Notes under the pieces: generated by a model
Database searches by the model: none
Told to the model about the DNA's origin: nothing
Seen by the model: the letters and a program-made list of their open reading frames with translations, nothing else
Shown: positions 22,917 to 36,420 of the stretch, piece after piece
How positions within the stretch are numbered: position 1 is the stretch's first letter
Layout: every line of letters begins with the position of its first letter
Made by a program: the position numbers and the translations under genes
NCBI GenBank assembly: GCA_032718475.1
Contig: JAUCBJ010005860.1
Coordinates: forward strand, 1-52,741
Length of the DNA stretch: 52,741 bases
Direction of reading: 5' to 3'
From: Nemertoderma westbladi
Lineage: Eukaryota > Animalia > Xenacoelomorpha

Positions 22917-25819
22917 CTTATGTACCTCTTCTGAGGAAATAGTTTAACAGAATTGCTTGAATTTTTTATGGGAAATCATTTAGCGTGTGTCTCAAATCTG
23001 GAACCAAAATAAAAATAAAAAAAATCATTTTGGTCACCAGAAATTTTCAAAATAAATAATGTCATTTTTTTAAATTGAAAAATAGCACGTATATTTGGCC
23101 GTTTTTCGATTGACGACATCGCTAACATTTTAGTTAAAGGGGTTTTCCTGGTCGGTGATTCCAATTCTTGTGTCAAATATTCAAATGTAATGGCTTTGGT
23201 TAGTTGGTCTGTATATCTGTCGGTCTGTCCGCCAAAATGTAACAGACAGAGAGACAGCGGGATATACCATCTAATAATCCTCAAAACGGTAAACCAGACA
23301 TCAGAAATGGAATCCTAGACCAGGAAAACCCCTATAACAACAACTGTTGTGTATTACTTTCATCTGTATCACTTTTATAATTTTTGACTAACAGACAGAC
23401 AGGCCAAAAGACAGATAGACATGCATGCAGACAAAAATACAGACAATGTAGAATAAATGAAACATTAAAACTGACATTATAACAGCGCTTTAGAACCGAT
23501 ACATGGGATATAAGTTAATGATTTATTATTATTTTTATTATTATTAGAAATGAGATCACTAAACAGGAAAAATCCTCTAGCGAAAGTTGTACAATGCATG
23601 TGCTTCTTTAATTTTATCAGACAAGACCGACTGACAGGCAGACAGACAGCTATCTCGACTTGAGAGTTAAACTGACTCGAGAGTTAAAGATCTCTCTATG
23701 TTGTTTTCAGTTTTGAAATCGCCATTAAATTTTGATCCAGAATCCGGTAAAAAAATATATTTTATTAAATTGTCACATACACAAGCCCTTAATCCTTATG
23801 TTAGAGTATAACAATTAATAGAACTGACTATCTTTACAGAATAATTAACACTGTTTAATTTATATACATTTACATACGTTTAGTACCATAGGAACATAAG
23901 ATATTAGGTGTCGCAATATTATTAATATTCAATGTAACTGTTCTGTAACGTTATTATTATTTATAGAGTCGACCGCTAGGGGGCATTATAAACTCGTAAT
24001 GGCCAAGTGCAATTTAATATTTTTCTTTATCTATGCAATAATTTCTGTAAGTTTTTCCACAAAAATATATATTTATAACTAATAAGTTTAAAGCGTTAAA
24101 TAATTTATTAGCTCTGTGTCGGTGATCGCCCGTGTGAAAAATACCAAGTTTTCATTGGAATTTTATTGGAAGAATTCAATTTCTCTTCATTAAGTGTTTC
24201 ATAGCGCTTATTTATATGTTATATAAAATCAGTTACAGATACTAATTCGTTTATTGTTTTGGTTCGATTTAGCCATTCTGTTTTTTTTTAGAGAAAACAT
24301 GGTATTCTTCACATGGGCTAAACTATAGAGAGAAATACATACAGAAAAAATGTTGGTATACTTAACATGGACCTTGTTGATTGGAAAATACTGAAAATTA
24401 TATTTAAAACATTGTTTTTTAATTTTTAGAATTTGTGTCAATGTAACTATCTTCGTTCAAAATACGTCCGAAAATAATTTATGTATATCTACGATACTTT
24501 CAAAAGTTATATATATTTTCTTACATTTTGGATGAGTTTGTAATTATTGACTCACGGTTGTGCTACAATTAGGGCTACACTTCTAAAAAAAACTGTTGGT
24601 GGGGTTCTTTTGATGTGTCTAAATATGGACTAGATTAAAACTGAATTTTATATAATTAGCAGAAAAAAAAACAATATTATTTTGTGTTACATTGTAAAAA
24701 ATATGTTTATTATAGGCATATTCAATTATTAATCATATATTGTTGTGAATATATTTACTATTTAGTATACAATTTATTGTAAAACATTCTATCAATATAA
24801 TTTGATTATTTCAAGGGCGTGCGAGTGTGTAAAGGTTGGGTTGACAGACGTTGGGTGGGGGTGACTACAAAACAAAGACCAAAGACACAATTATAAAGAC
24901 CTGCATAATCTTGTAACATGTGTTAACTTTCGTTTATTGTTTTGGTTCCCCCAACACGCCTCTGTAACATGCTCCTTTCTAACCTGCTAACTTACTAACT
25001 AACAAATGATATTTGAAATCCTTGCATTGCCAGCTTTGTAAAGATTGAAGAATAACTGCGGTGTACAGTAACTGGTGTAATATCGCAGGAGACACCTTTT
25101 TTCAAACGCTTGTAGCTAAAGAATGAAAGCAAAAATAAAAATTCTGGCTCACCCAGCAAGGAGGAGGGAGGTGAAACTATCTCTGTTTCAAATTTCATGC
25201 AATTTCATTACGATTTGTAGAAAAATTAGGGGGGGGTGGGCATGTACCTGTAACGACACTATATTCCTGGACATGGTGTAACCAGTTTGGTTGATAACCT
25301 AACCAACAAAGAAAACACAACCGAACGCTATTGCTTCTGTTTAATTTTCTTCATAGTTATCTTTCACGGCTTTCTCTAAGTCAAATTTTTGCAAAACTTA
25401 ATAATTTAAATGAACTATTTTTTATGAAAATAATTTTGTAATATTTATGTAATTGTTAAATAATGTATTTTTATAAAAAAATATAATGAATTGAAGTCCA
25501 GTATATATTACTGGACTTCTTTTGCAAAATCTACCATACAAACATGTATAATTAATCACAAAGAAAATGCGGAGTAACCAAGGCGATATTACCGATCATC
25601 GGAAGTTATTCAATGGGAACCAATTAAATATTTTTATTTTGTTCTTTAATGTTGTTTATATCTAATAGCTACCGCACAGAGTAGCTGCAAGGTAAAGGAA
25701 GGTAATATACATACTATTATAGGCGACCATCGATTATTTACATGTATATTTAATAAAATAAGAATTTCTTAGAATGCTAACAAACAGTGATAATAGCTAA
25801 TGTATAGTTTAATGAGAAC

Positions 25820-26947
25820 ATGGCAGCAACTCAGACAATATGTATGGACAACGGCTCGGGTTTAACTAAAGTCGGATTCGCAGGAGAAGATGCCCCGCGT
25901 TCCATATTCCCCTCATTGGTGGGGCAAGTTCGACATGATTCGGCCATGGTGGAGGCGGAGGCCGGTGCTGTGTATGTGGGGGCCGAGGCCCAGGCTAAAC
26001 GTGGACTTCTGACCCTCAATTACCCAATAGAGCACGGGGTAGTCACTGATTGGTCCGACATGGAGGCCATCTGGTACCACAGTTTCTACAACGAGTTGCG
26101 AATTGCCCCCGAGAATTACGCCATCTTTCTGACAGAGCCGCCCCTCAACCCCAAAGCGAACCGCGAGAAAATGGCCGAGATTATGTTCGAGACATACAAC
26201 GTGGTGGGATTATACGTTGGTATCCAGGCCGTGATGGCGTTGTACGCGTGTGGGCGCACCACCGGCATGGTGGTAGACTGCGGGGATGGGGTCACTCATA
26301 TGGTGCCGATCTACGACGGTTACGCTTTACCGCACGCGGTGAAACGCATCGATTTAGCTGGTCGCGATCTCACCGAATACCTCATGAAGATGTTCAGAGA
26401 ACGCGGTTACACATTCGTTACCACAGCCGAAAGGGAAGTTGTCAGAGACATTAAAGAAAAGTTGTGTTTCTTGTCGTTGAATTTTGATGATGATATGTTG
26501 TATTCATCAGCGAATCCGCGTGCCTTCTCGCAAAGTTATCAACTTCCAGATGGAAATATAATAGAGATGGGAGCCGAAAGGTTTCGTGTTCCAGAATCCC
26601 TATTGCAACCTTCTTTGGTCGGGATGGAATCAAAGGGGATTCACGCTATTTGTAAATCATCTATAGTAAAATGCGATATCGATTTACGTAGGAAACTCTA
26701 TGAGAATATCGTTCTGTCCGGGGGAACCTCGTTGCTCGCAAACTTCGAGGATCGTTTGCGCAATGAGATCGCCGGGTTGGCGCCGCCCGGTGTAACTGTG
26801 GGTCTGATCGCCCCTCCCGGTAGAAAGTATTCGGTTTGGGTCGGGGCATCCGTACTCGCGTCGCTGTCCACGTTCTACACGATGTGGATGACGAGAGAAG
26901 ATTACCAGGAATCCGGGGTTGCTATTATACATAAGAAATGCCGATGA
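25820..26947 (+). CDS. Divergent actin / actin-like protein, intronless, 375 aa
   Basis: [49 protein letters not shown] and RKYSVWVG actin motifs; full length. Confidence 0.95.
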   Translation: MAATQTICMDNGSGLTKVGFAGEDAPRSIFPSLVGQVRHDSAMVEAEAGAVYVGAEAQAKRGLLTLNYPIEHGVVTDWSDMEAIWYHSFYNELRIAPENYAIFLTEPPLNPKANREKMAEIMFETYNVVGLYVGIQAVMALYACGRTTGMVVDCGDGVTHMVPIYDGYALPHAVKRIDLAGRDLTEYLMKMFRERGYTFVTTAEREVVRDIKEKLCFLSLNFDDDMLYSSANPRAFSQSYQLPDGNIIEMGAERFRVPESLLQPSLVGMESKGIHAICKSSIVKCDIDLRRKLYENIVLSGGTSLLANFEDRLRNEIAGLAPPGVTVGLIAPPGRKYSVWVGASVLASLSTFYTMWMTREDYQESGVAIIHKKCR

Positions 26948-28134
26948 TATAATTCATTTTTCTAACTATAATAATTAAATTATTAATGTAATGTTATTTA
27001 TTCTATTAAAATTGCCTCCAATAGGGACATATTCAATTATTTAACAAAGTCGCACATTTATGGTTTGAGTTTGGTTTATTTCCAGGCCCTGGACAGACAG
27101 GCGGTTAATGGCAGACCACGGAAGGTTGAAAGAAAGCATCAATATTATCAATACTCCATTCCATAGACTATTGGGGATTTAACCAAATCAATAAGGCCCG
27201 TGCTCCACTGGCAACACATGAGTCGTATGTCAAGTCGTTTTCAGATTTTGTCTGAGTCCGTATGTCAAAAGTATAGCTCCCGTGCTCCACTGGTAAGTCA
27301 TTAGTCTTTTCTTTAAAAATATGAGATGCGTCTCACATTTAATGGATCACTGAACATTGAATTGCTTGCTGCTATCCAAAGTAACCAATCACAGGTCTCT
27401 TGCCAGAAAGAACCCATGGCATGGGTCGTATGTCAAAGATGAAACATGGGACATAATCGCTTTCGACCCATGCATCGGTCGTAACAATGACATACCGATA
27501 CCAGTGGAGCCGCTCCCATTGACACCAATGTGTTCCATAATTTATTATTTCGACTTTTTGACAGATATGACTTACCAGTGGCGCACCGCGCACGTGCCTA
27601 AACATGATAAATTAACAACAGCTACATTTTATTAGATTGATTGACTAATAATTGTATTCAGAAATTTATCGTAGTGAGAAGTTGTACTGTAGTAATGGTG
27701 GTGAATACTTGGCCGACAGTTACAGAGTAGCGGGATGTTTTAAGCACAACAATAAACCAGTAGTGCCATGAGCACTGGTTATAGTTAATAAAATGCAACA
27801 TGTTCATAATTTGAAAAATATCTACAAAAGTCATTTCACATCTAGGCGATTTGTTAGGTTAACTTTATCTTTGATCCCAGGCCCTTGTTGTTACTCTATC
27901 TTAATCTACAAGTTGGCGGGCCCCATTAGGCGTTAACAGTTTGAGGCAGTTGAATTACATCTAAAACATAAATAGTGGACCCCAACCTCATGAGTATGCG
28001 TGTCACCGTTAGTGGGGCCTAATTATCCAATGGCAAACATTAGTAGATAGGCCAGGTTATAGTCGTGGCCAGCACAACTAATCAACCGTGTCAGTGGCTA
28101 TGCAAGTCCCAATCACAGGGGTTGATCCGTAACC

Positions 28135-28399
28135 CAGACTCGCTGGCGCCAGGGCCCTCTCCTGCCACAATAGACCCATTCATAGCTACTCCACTTCACG
28201 AATTGAAACTCGTAATCTGTCATACAGGCAAAGCCTTTGGCTCAATTGGGCGCAAATGGCTTTAATAGCCATGAACAATCAACCGGTTGGTATAATTACC
28301 ATTGAATACGGGCAAACAAGCTTTCACACCTGGGGGACAATCTGGGTGTTGGTTAACTCTAAGAGTTCCATCATTGAATCGGCCAGACTCAGTGGCGCC
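28135..28399 (+). promoter_or_regulatory. Putative BMP-responsive enhancer module M1
   Basis: CAGAC-N5-GGCGCC at 28135-28150 and 28384-28399; TCACACCT at 28324; ACAATAGACCCATT at 28167. Confidence 0.7.
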
Positions 28400-29491
28400 A
28401 GTCGCCGCCTACTCAAATTATCAAATAAGGATCAATCACAACCACCAAGTAAGTTAGTCGTATCTCGAAAGGGGATCCACCAGTGACATTGTGAATGTCA
28501 TGCTTGTCTTATCATGGGATTCTTAACGTCTTTTATGATGTCTCCATAGGGGATCAAGATCATTGGTCCACCCGAGAAGACGTTATGTGGTGTATACCGT
28601 TACCGTTTGGAAAAACAAAGACTGGTAGTCTATATCTGTAATCTGCAGGCCTTGTCCCCGTGCCTTCCTTCTTGAAACCTTTTCTTGAACATTAGGATCG
28701 TCAGCAAATGTTTCATTGTTTGGTGAAAAAGGTGACTTCTTGGTATGACGCTTATCATAAATCCCCTTCTTAATTCATATTTTTCTATACCGTGTGTGTC
28801 TGTGTAATTAATATGTGCACAATTAACCCGACGTCCCCTCACCTGCATTTAGTAGTTCGCATTCGTATCCAGGAAAGAAACATACCCTACGTCGTAGCCA
28901 ATCGCTGCATTACAAATTGAACTAAAGCAGGGCGTGGCATTACTATGGGCTGGAATATCGGGAAGAATTATTCTAAATGTATAATTCCGCCGTTCAGTGC
29001 CTCAGTTGAATCGACATTAACGTTTAACAGATTTATGTATTCCGAGTTCGAAAAAAAATACATGCTGAAGATGCGGGGGCAGCTTTGCATCTCTTAATTG
29101 TGCAACAATAGACGAATCAGCAACTCTAGTTGTGGAGTTGAAATGCAAACATAACTTGTGCAGTCAAGACAACTTAGACAACTATTTGCACTCAGGGAGG
29201 GCATCAATAATAATTTGACATTGATTGAATATTCTGTTTTTAGTTTATTTTGTTCAATCGAATGTTCAGTTGAATGTTGTAAATGTAAGCCAGCATCTCA
29301 AATTTACTAAGTTAGGTATAAGCTGAGACCTCGCCATTCAGACGAGTGGACGAGTCGTAAAATTAATTCGATATTTTATTAATTAATATTGATCTATTAT
29401 TTGAAAACTATTATTGTTCGTATAATTATTTTTAAGCTATTTGTAGAAAGTTTTTTGATTAGATTTTTTAAAATTATATCTAATACTGATT

Positions 29492-30634
29492 ATGTGGTAC
29501 GATATCGGAGCTCTGTTGTTTAACCAACTCATTCGATGTCTCGATTCCTGCCGATATTGGCTATCATTCAAGAGGATTTCCTCTCAATGTTTCTCAGCGT
29601 TTGTGGGAGTTCCGGCAGCAATACTTATGGCTTCCTGCGGCATCATCCCATTAATTACCACAAATATTATATGCCACTTAATTATCGGTCGAACTTTCAT
29701 TAAATATGAATTCCGACACCAACGAACAGATTTTCTACTTTTCGTCGGGTTATTTACGTACATATGGGCCTTACTATTCTTTATATTTCACATTGCGCCG
29801 CTGGGTGGACTCAGTAACTTCGCCATGGTGTCGCAGACTTGTCTGTTTGCGCTGACGCTGATGTCTGTACTGGTAACTAAGGTGCGGAACCCGGGGGTCT
29901 TGCGAGAGTCGCTCGCCCCTATCGGAGGACCACATACAGCAGTCCCGGCCAGTCTATACTGGGGAACCAACGGACCCTACCTGGGAAGTTACTCCATGTT
30001 GGACCACCACCACCACTCCACTAGTACCAGCACCGCATTGACTCCGGTGACTCCCCGAGCCGTGCCGGTGCGTCGACCCGACTCCATGGCTTGGTGCGGC
30101 TGCTGCGCGATGTGGGTGCCGCCACGATCAGCTCACTGCCGCGTCTGCAACCACTGCGTGCGACGGCTGGACCACCACAGTGCGTGGTTGGACTGTTGCG
30201 TCGGAATAAACAATCAACGTTTCTTTCTACTCAGTTTGTTGATCTTCGTTGTTTCTACCTGGTGGCGCCTTGCAGTCTCTTTCCCTTTACTCTGTGAGCC
30301 CAGTTGTCTGGCCGCCACATACGAGCCACTGACTTGCGCCAGTCTAGCTATCTGCGCATTTACCGGCTTTACAAACTCCACATTTACATTGATTTTACTG
30401 AAGCAAATAGTTTTCGTCTCCCGGAACATGTTGTGCGCAGAACTTATTGGCCTATTGAAGCAGGCACGAGTCCCTATTTTGTACGGACGTCTAGCAACAC
30501 TCCGGGTTTACGGGGGTGCCGCTAGGAAATACTCGAAATCCTGGAATCGGGGAGTTCTACTAAACTGGGCCGAGTTTATGAGGCCGGAGAAATACGAGGA
30601 TGGATATATAAACAACGTATATGAATCCGTCTAG
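29492..30634 (+). CDS. zDHHC palmitoyltransferase-family protein (ZDHHC23-like), intronless, with DHHS instead of DHHC
   Basis: Cys-rich domain WCGCCAMWVPPRSAHCRVCNHCVRRLDHHSAWLDCCVGINNQRFF, NPG motif, several hydrophobic TM segments, and C-terminal WNRGVLLNW (PaCCT-like). The subfamily call is from recalled similarity. Confidence 0.88.
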   Translation: MWYDIGALLFNQLIRCLDSCRYWLSFKRISSQCFSAFVGVPAAILMASCGIIPLITTNIICHLIIGRTFIKYEFRHQRTDFLLFVGLFTYIWALLFFIFHIAPLGGLSNFAMVSQTCLFALTLMSVLVTKVRNPGVLRESLAPIGGPHTAVPASLYWGTNGPYLGSYSMLDHHHHSTSTSTALTPVTPRAVPVRRPDSMAWCGCCAMWVPPRSAHCRVCNHCVRRLDHHSAWLDCCVGINNQRFFLLSLLIFVVSTWWRLAVSFPLLCEPSCLAATYEPLTCASLAICAFTGFTNSTFTLILLKQIVFVSRNMLCAELIGLLKQARVPILYGRLATLRVYGGAARKYSKSWNRGVLLNWAEFMRPEKYEDGYINNVYESV

Positions 30635-30834
30635 AACTCAGTGATAATACAGTGCAATGAGTGGGCGTGCTTTCTATGTTACACATTGAATTTAATAGAT
30701 GCAGTGATATAGAAATAGTAGGAAATAATGTTTACAGTGGTAGAGATTGAAGATTCACGGTGGCACATTTTTTGTGAACGTTTTTACATTGTTGTATTTG
30801 CATTGTACAGTAGGTTGTAGCACATGTTACAATA

Positions 30835-32457
30835 CACGAAGTGGGGCCTTCGCGCTGCACGTGACTTAAATTTAATTTAAGTACTAATTCGAAAGTATTA
30901 CTGTATTAGCAAATTTTAAGCAGATTTCGCCTAATCACTTTTTACCTCTTTCATTTCTATTCAGACATTTCTGACTCTAGCGGTATAGTGAGAACTGAAG
31001 ATGGATTAGGGTCTCCAGCCCCACAAAGACACAGCCTATGGATGAATAGTACATACGTACATCGGCCAAGTTTCATCTTGAATAACGGATACCGAAATGA
31101 GAGACGGATCTCACTTTCAGAAATTTCGTCGTATAGCGGCAGACCGATTAAATCTCCCCCCCCCCCCACAAAGACGCAGCATGTGGTCCAGAATATATGG
31201 CAAGATTCAGCTTAAACTGATTAAAATCAATGAGACGGGAGGAATCTATTCACTCTCAGGCATAAAGTAGTCCTATAGCGGGTGACTGTTGAACTGATTT
31301 TCAACAAAACAAATTTTCAACTTGGCAGCTTTAAATTCGACAAAGTTATAAGCATGTCAATATCATAACGACGACAACGATTTCACTTTCAGACATTTGG
31401 CCCTCTAGCGGCAGACTGGAGAACTGCAGATGGATTCGCCTCCTTTGAAAGTCACAGCTAATGGTCTAATACATATCTGCCAAGTTTCAGCTTAAACGGA
31501 TTAAAAGCAAAGAAATGGGAGGGCATTTAATGTTTAGACATGTGGCCCTCTAGCGGGAGACCATTGCACTGATGGTGTCTGAAAGTCTCTCAAAAATCTC
31601 AACTTTAGCTCATATTGATACCTACAAATTTTCAACTTGGCAGCTTTAAATCCGACAAAGTTATTAGCATGTCAAAATCGTAACGACGACAACGATTTCA
31701 CTTTCAGACCTTTGGCCCTCTAGCGGCAGACTGGAGAACTGCAGATGGATTCGCCTCCTTTGAAAGTCACAGCTAATGGTCTAATACATATCTGCCAAGT
31801 TTCAGCTTAAACGGATTAAAAGCAAAGAAATGGGAGGGCATTTAATGTTTAGACATGTGGCCCTCTAGCGGGAGACCATTGCACTGATGGTGTCTGAAAG
31901 TCTCTCAAAAATCTCAACTTTAGCTCATATTGATACCTACAAATTTTCAACTTGGCAGCTTTAAATCCGACAAAGTTATTAGCATGTCAAAATCGTAACG
32001 ACGACAACGATTTCACTTTCAGACCTTTGGCCCTCTAGCGGCAGACTGGAGAACTGCAGATGGATTCGCCTCCTTTGAAAGTCACAGCTAATGGTCTAAT
32101 ACATATCTGCCAAGTTTCAGCTTAAACGGATTAAATGCAAAGAAATGGGAGGGCATTTAATGTTTAGACATGTGGCCCTCTAGCGGGAGACCATTGCACT
32201 GATGGTGTCTGAAAGTCTCTCAAAAATCTCAACTTTTGCTCATATTGATACCTACAAATTTTCAACTTGGCAGCTTTAAATCCGACAAAGTTGTTAGCAT
32301 GTCAAAATCGTAACGACGACGACGACGACAACGACGACGACGACGATGACGACGACAACGACGACGACGACGACGACGACAACTATTTGCATAAATTGAC
32401 CCACCCCCTAACAGTGTCAATTCGCTAAGGCTCCGCCAACTTCGTGGCTCGCCCCAC
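30835..32457 (+). mobile_element. HINE/DINE-1-like non-autonomous element with an internal 315-bp tandem array and (GAC)n microsatellite
   Basis: 5' CACGAAGTGGGGCCTTCGCG has an imperfect inverted copy at ~32423-32446, and the element ends GCTCGCCCCAC. (GAC)n at ~32314-32380. Confidence 0.6.
31311..32320. repeat. 315-bp tandem repeat, about 3.2 copies
   Basis: aaattttcaacttggcagc at 31311, 31626, 31941 and 32256. Confidence 0.95.
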
Positions 32458-34564
32458 ATAGCTACACTCTGACTACGGTGGCTTGGTAATATTATATTAA
32501 AGAGGTTAGTTAGTTAGAGTGTTACACAAAAATGTCTTGATTTGATGCCACGTTATTTTGTTATTGGTGGGGTGTACAGTACAACTTGTGTAAAACTTGT
32601 CTCTTGTGTTTACTTCTTTAGTTTAATCCAATGTAATGTTTAATTGTTTAATGTTATGTTTAATCCAAATGGTAGTCATTCCTGTGAATTTGATAATTTT
32701 CTCATTTCACTGAATGGTTACGCAGTGGTTGATATTGCAGTTAATTGTAACAGTCATAGAAGACCCTGCAGCAAAAACTATTGATATAGGAACTTGACTA
32801 AGTGTCTTCTCACCTCCATCAGTTATCTATATTGTTAACCCATTCTATTCGCCACAACTTGAATCATCACGTGAACAATCCACTACTTGACATGACATCT
32901 GAGTTAAATTCGTGGAAACTAGTGAAAAAAAGTATTACGTTCGTGTTTATTTTAGCGACAGAAAGTCGCTAAATTTTGGTGTTATAGAGTGCTGCCCTCT
33001 TGTATTAATTGTCCGGCCTGATGAACCGTGGACTTAGAAGGCATCGAGTTCGATGTCCGTTCCTTATCGTATTTTTTGGGAAAAGGAATATATTTTGATT
33101 TCATATTGTATTTGTTTGCTCTAATTGGAACTTTGAGGTAGATTCTCTCAACAACTCATTTTATATGTGGATGTGGGATCCGGATATCGTAACCTGCTCA
33201 TTTCCCTTACCGCCTAGCAAATACGCCGGTTTACACGGCAACTTTGCTCAGCCACCAGCAACTTCATTTTGAACTTGTTCGCAGTTAAACCTGGCAATTA
33301 TTTTCACAGCAACTTCGTGTTTACACGGGAAGTGCCACGACCGGCCTTGAGAAATGGGAACAACATTTACAATATATATTTTAGTAACTCATTAAATTAT
33401 TCAAGATCTTCTGGTCTCTAGTATTGCGTTTTAAACTCGTTGGTCGTCTAGGCAGAGAAGTAATAATGACAGATAGGAGGAATCCCTGAAATGGAAAGTT
33501 ATCGACTCTCCTAACCTCACTGCCGCTGCGCGCCCGGTCAATAAAATACCTCGAGCAAAGTGATATAAAACATTTTCAAGCCAAAGGCATTTCCAAATCG
33601 CCTTTCATCGTATCTGGAATATTTATTGAAACAAAATAAAACTGTGATGATTAATTAAACTCCTTAGAATTCCAGAACATAAAATGAAAGCCGACGAAAT
33701 TACCCCTATATTCAGGGATCATTAACGGATCGTTAACGGATCATTGTTGGGGTCCACGAAGATTCTGCGTCGAAGAAATAATGGTTTCATAAATGTCAAG
33801 GATAATTATAGAAGATTATAACTAGTGAATGATTAAAGACTGCTTCTTTTCTTCAATTAGTTGTAGGTATTTCTTTATTTTGGACGCGATGGGATCTAAA
33901 GTCACCCAATAGTGCGTGAATACTGCTCAGCTCAGCTCAACCAAAAATTCGAACGAATTACCTAATAGGTAGGCCTACTTCTTAACGATTAAATGGTAAT
34001 AAAAATCGCCACAACGTTAGAATAACGTCCCACTGTCACCTGTCCCATTCCCTTAACAAATGGATAATAATTTGTCTTTGAGAAGAGAAATTAATCACCG
34101 AAATGGGACTTTCAAATACATTTCTACTGTAGTAATACCGTAAATGCTTGAACTACAATTTCCCATTCGTAATGTTTTATACACTTAGCAAAGGGTATGG
34201 GGTATGGCGTATGGGTGGAAAGGATCCAAATCTGTCGTAATTTTAGGTTTGTGTATGATGTTGATTTTCTTTTAATTTTGGTCTGGCCCTGGAGACGGGC
34301 ATGCAGGGCCGGATTTAACCATTATATTTGAGCCTTAACGGGATGTGAACATTATAAACTTTTTAAAGAAGGATTCTTATCTTATTATCTTTTAAACACC
34401 CATTGTTATCTTTAGAAATTAAAATTTAAGAAGGTGCGAGGAAAATTATTATTTAAATATTGGCATTGACCATAAAACTGTCCCTAAAAAATTAACGGAG
34501 GTGTTCCTCCATATGGGTTTTCTTTAATTTGCATGTCCCCAATGTAGTTGAAAATGCATAGCAA

Positions 34565-34786
34565 GGTGTGTAAACGCTACGCCGACGGCCGACAGCCGAG
34601 AACCAAAGCCGACAACCCTTTAAAACGCGAATTAAAGCTAATTATACATTGGGGGAAAGGAACAGAGTTGAAGGTTATTCGAACCAAAACAATAAACGAG
34701 AGTGATGAATACAGGTTACAGCTCCATATTTGTCATTGTCGGCAGTGGTTGTCGACTGTCAGCTGTCGGCGTAGCGTTTACACCCC
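34565..34786. mobile_element. MITE with terminal inverted repeats and a 7-8 bp TSD
   Basis: GGTGTGTAAACGCTACGCCGAC...GTCGGCGTAGCGTTTACACCCC flanked by (C)ATAGCAA on both sides. A related copy lies in opposite orientation at ~50862-51052. Confidence 0.8.
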
Positions 34787-34986
34787 ATAGCAAGTGATAT
34801 ACCACCGAAATGAGAATCATCAAAAGTAATCAGAACTGTGAAAAAATTTTGCCGCAGCGGCTTACATGAGATTATAAAAATTTCACTAAAAGCACTCCAT
34901 CAGTATAATATTTTCCATTTATTTTCATTTTTGGATATTACATTTTTTGGAACCAGCATATAGCAAATACTGTATATCAACAAACC

Positions 34987-35280
34987 GCCCATGTGAAGAA
35001 TACCAGGATTTCACTCTTCGGTCGACTTTTTAATGGAATTTTATATATGAAGATTTTTCATTTTTTTAAATTTATCTCTATTAAGTGTTTTATAGCGCTA
35101 ATTTATGGGCCGCTAATTTCTGTCTTATAACCTGTACATATACTAATTCGTTTATTGTTTTGGTTAGATTCAGCCCTTCTGTAACCTGTGTTTTTGGTGA
35201 AAACCTGGTATTCTTCACATGGGGATATCTGCAAAGTGAAATGTAACGGCAGAAAGTCTGGTATTCTTCACATGGGCCCA
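34987..35280. repeat. Dispersed repeat family (CCCATGTGAAGAATACCA sub-repeats)
   Basis: Related copies at ~24128-24320, ~35958-36090 and, reversed, ~50600-50785. Confidence 0.7.
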
Positions 35281-36420
35281 AACAAACGGTTATGAAATGG
35301 CGGAGGAGTAGTGTTTTCGGTATCCCCCCACGCCCCCCCCCCCCCCCCCCCCACACCGGCTCCCTTATTTTTACTTAAGTTGTAAATTAAGGCAGCCGAT
35401 CCGTAAGAGCAAACTTGAAGACCATTGGTTGGCATTCCTGTCGCGTCTGCTAAAAGACACCTTATTGATAATCAGATGAAGATGAATTTGTAATTTACAT
35501 GGTTATCGCTAACTGTGGAGGTGTTATGTAGCAGAGAGAAGACCGGCAGTGCATACTAATTGTGTGGAATTGCACCGATATATCTACAGTATGAACTCTG
35601 TATGAATGCTGCTTCCTTTGAACAATATTTTTCTCAATATAAAAAAATAAACTAATTGACCCGTCTCAAAGGAATATTCCTTGGCGTTTGATTACAACTG
35701 CGCCAATCAATATTTTCTTACCTGCCGCCTTTATTTATTGCTTTTGTTTCCCGCGGTGACTGCCGGATTTCCTGCCCCACCCGACCTTACTTGGACCACT
35801 CCCTTCTCTGAGCGGCCATGTAATTACTTCGTAGATCCTAGAGTATCCAGCCTAATATTGTCATAATCCAGTAATCGGACTTAGAGAATAAATGAATCTC
35901 AGGTACCTGGTTTTTCCAAAAGTGTCGGTACTACTTTCATTCATGATACTGCGCCACTGGTGAAGAATACTAGGTTTCCATTTTTCAGTCGGCATTTTAA
36001 TGAAAATTTATATATGATTAATTTTTATTTTTTAAATGTATCCTTATTATTCTCCTGTACATAATGCGTTTATTGTTTTTGTTTGATTCAGTATCGTTGC
36101 AGTAAAATAGTTACAATAGCAAGGAAATTATTGTTCACAATGGTCAAATGAAGTTAGTTATATTCGGATATTGACCTGCTACAAAACGCAGCGAACTCTT
36201 AATCTGAATCAATTATAGGTGGGTGATTTTTGGACCGAGATTCAACAAAGTTTATGCTGAATAACAAGGTGTTCTCTCCCAATAGCCAGCAGGTGGTCTT
36301 AATTCCTAAGGTTTATGTATGCCTAATGTGTTTCGTTGTTGTATAAAATACAGTATCGGGTAGGTGGATGGGAGGAGCTTTCCTAACTCTGGGTTTTGGC
36401 GACAGTGAAGGCCATCGCGT

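Noticed and set aside
22976-23700. 102-aa ORF and (GACA)-rich region
   Set aside because: Looks like a decayed interspersed repeat with a short inverted pair (GGTTTTCCTGGTC / GACCAGGAAAACC); boundaries could not be defined.
30264-30279. GGCGCC-N5-GTCTC inside the zDHHC CDS
   Set aside because: Imperfect last base, unpaired, and lacking the accompanying module motifs; not counted among the eight elements.
32262-32459. Arg-rich protamine-like ORF
   Set aside because: Translation of the (GAC)n microsatellite within a repeat element.
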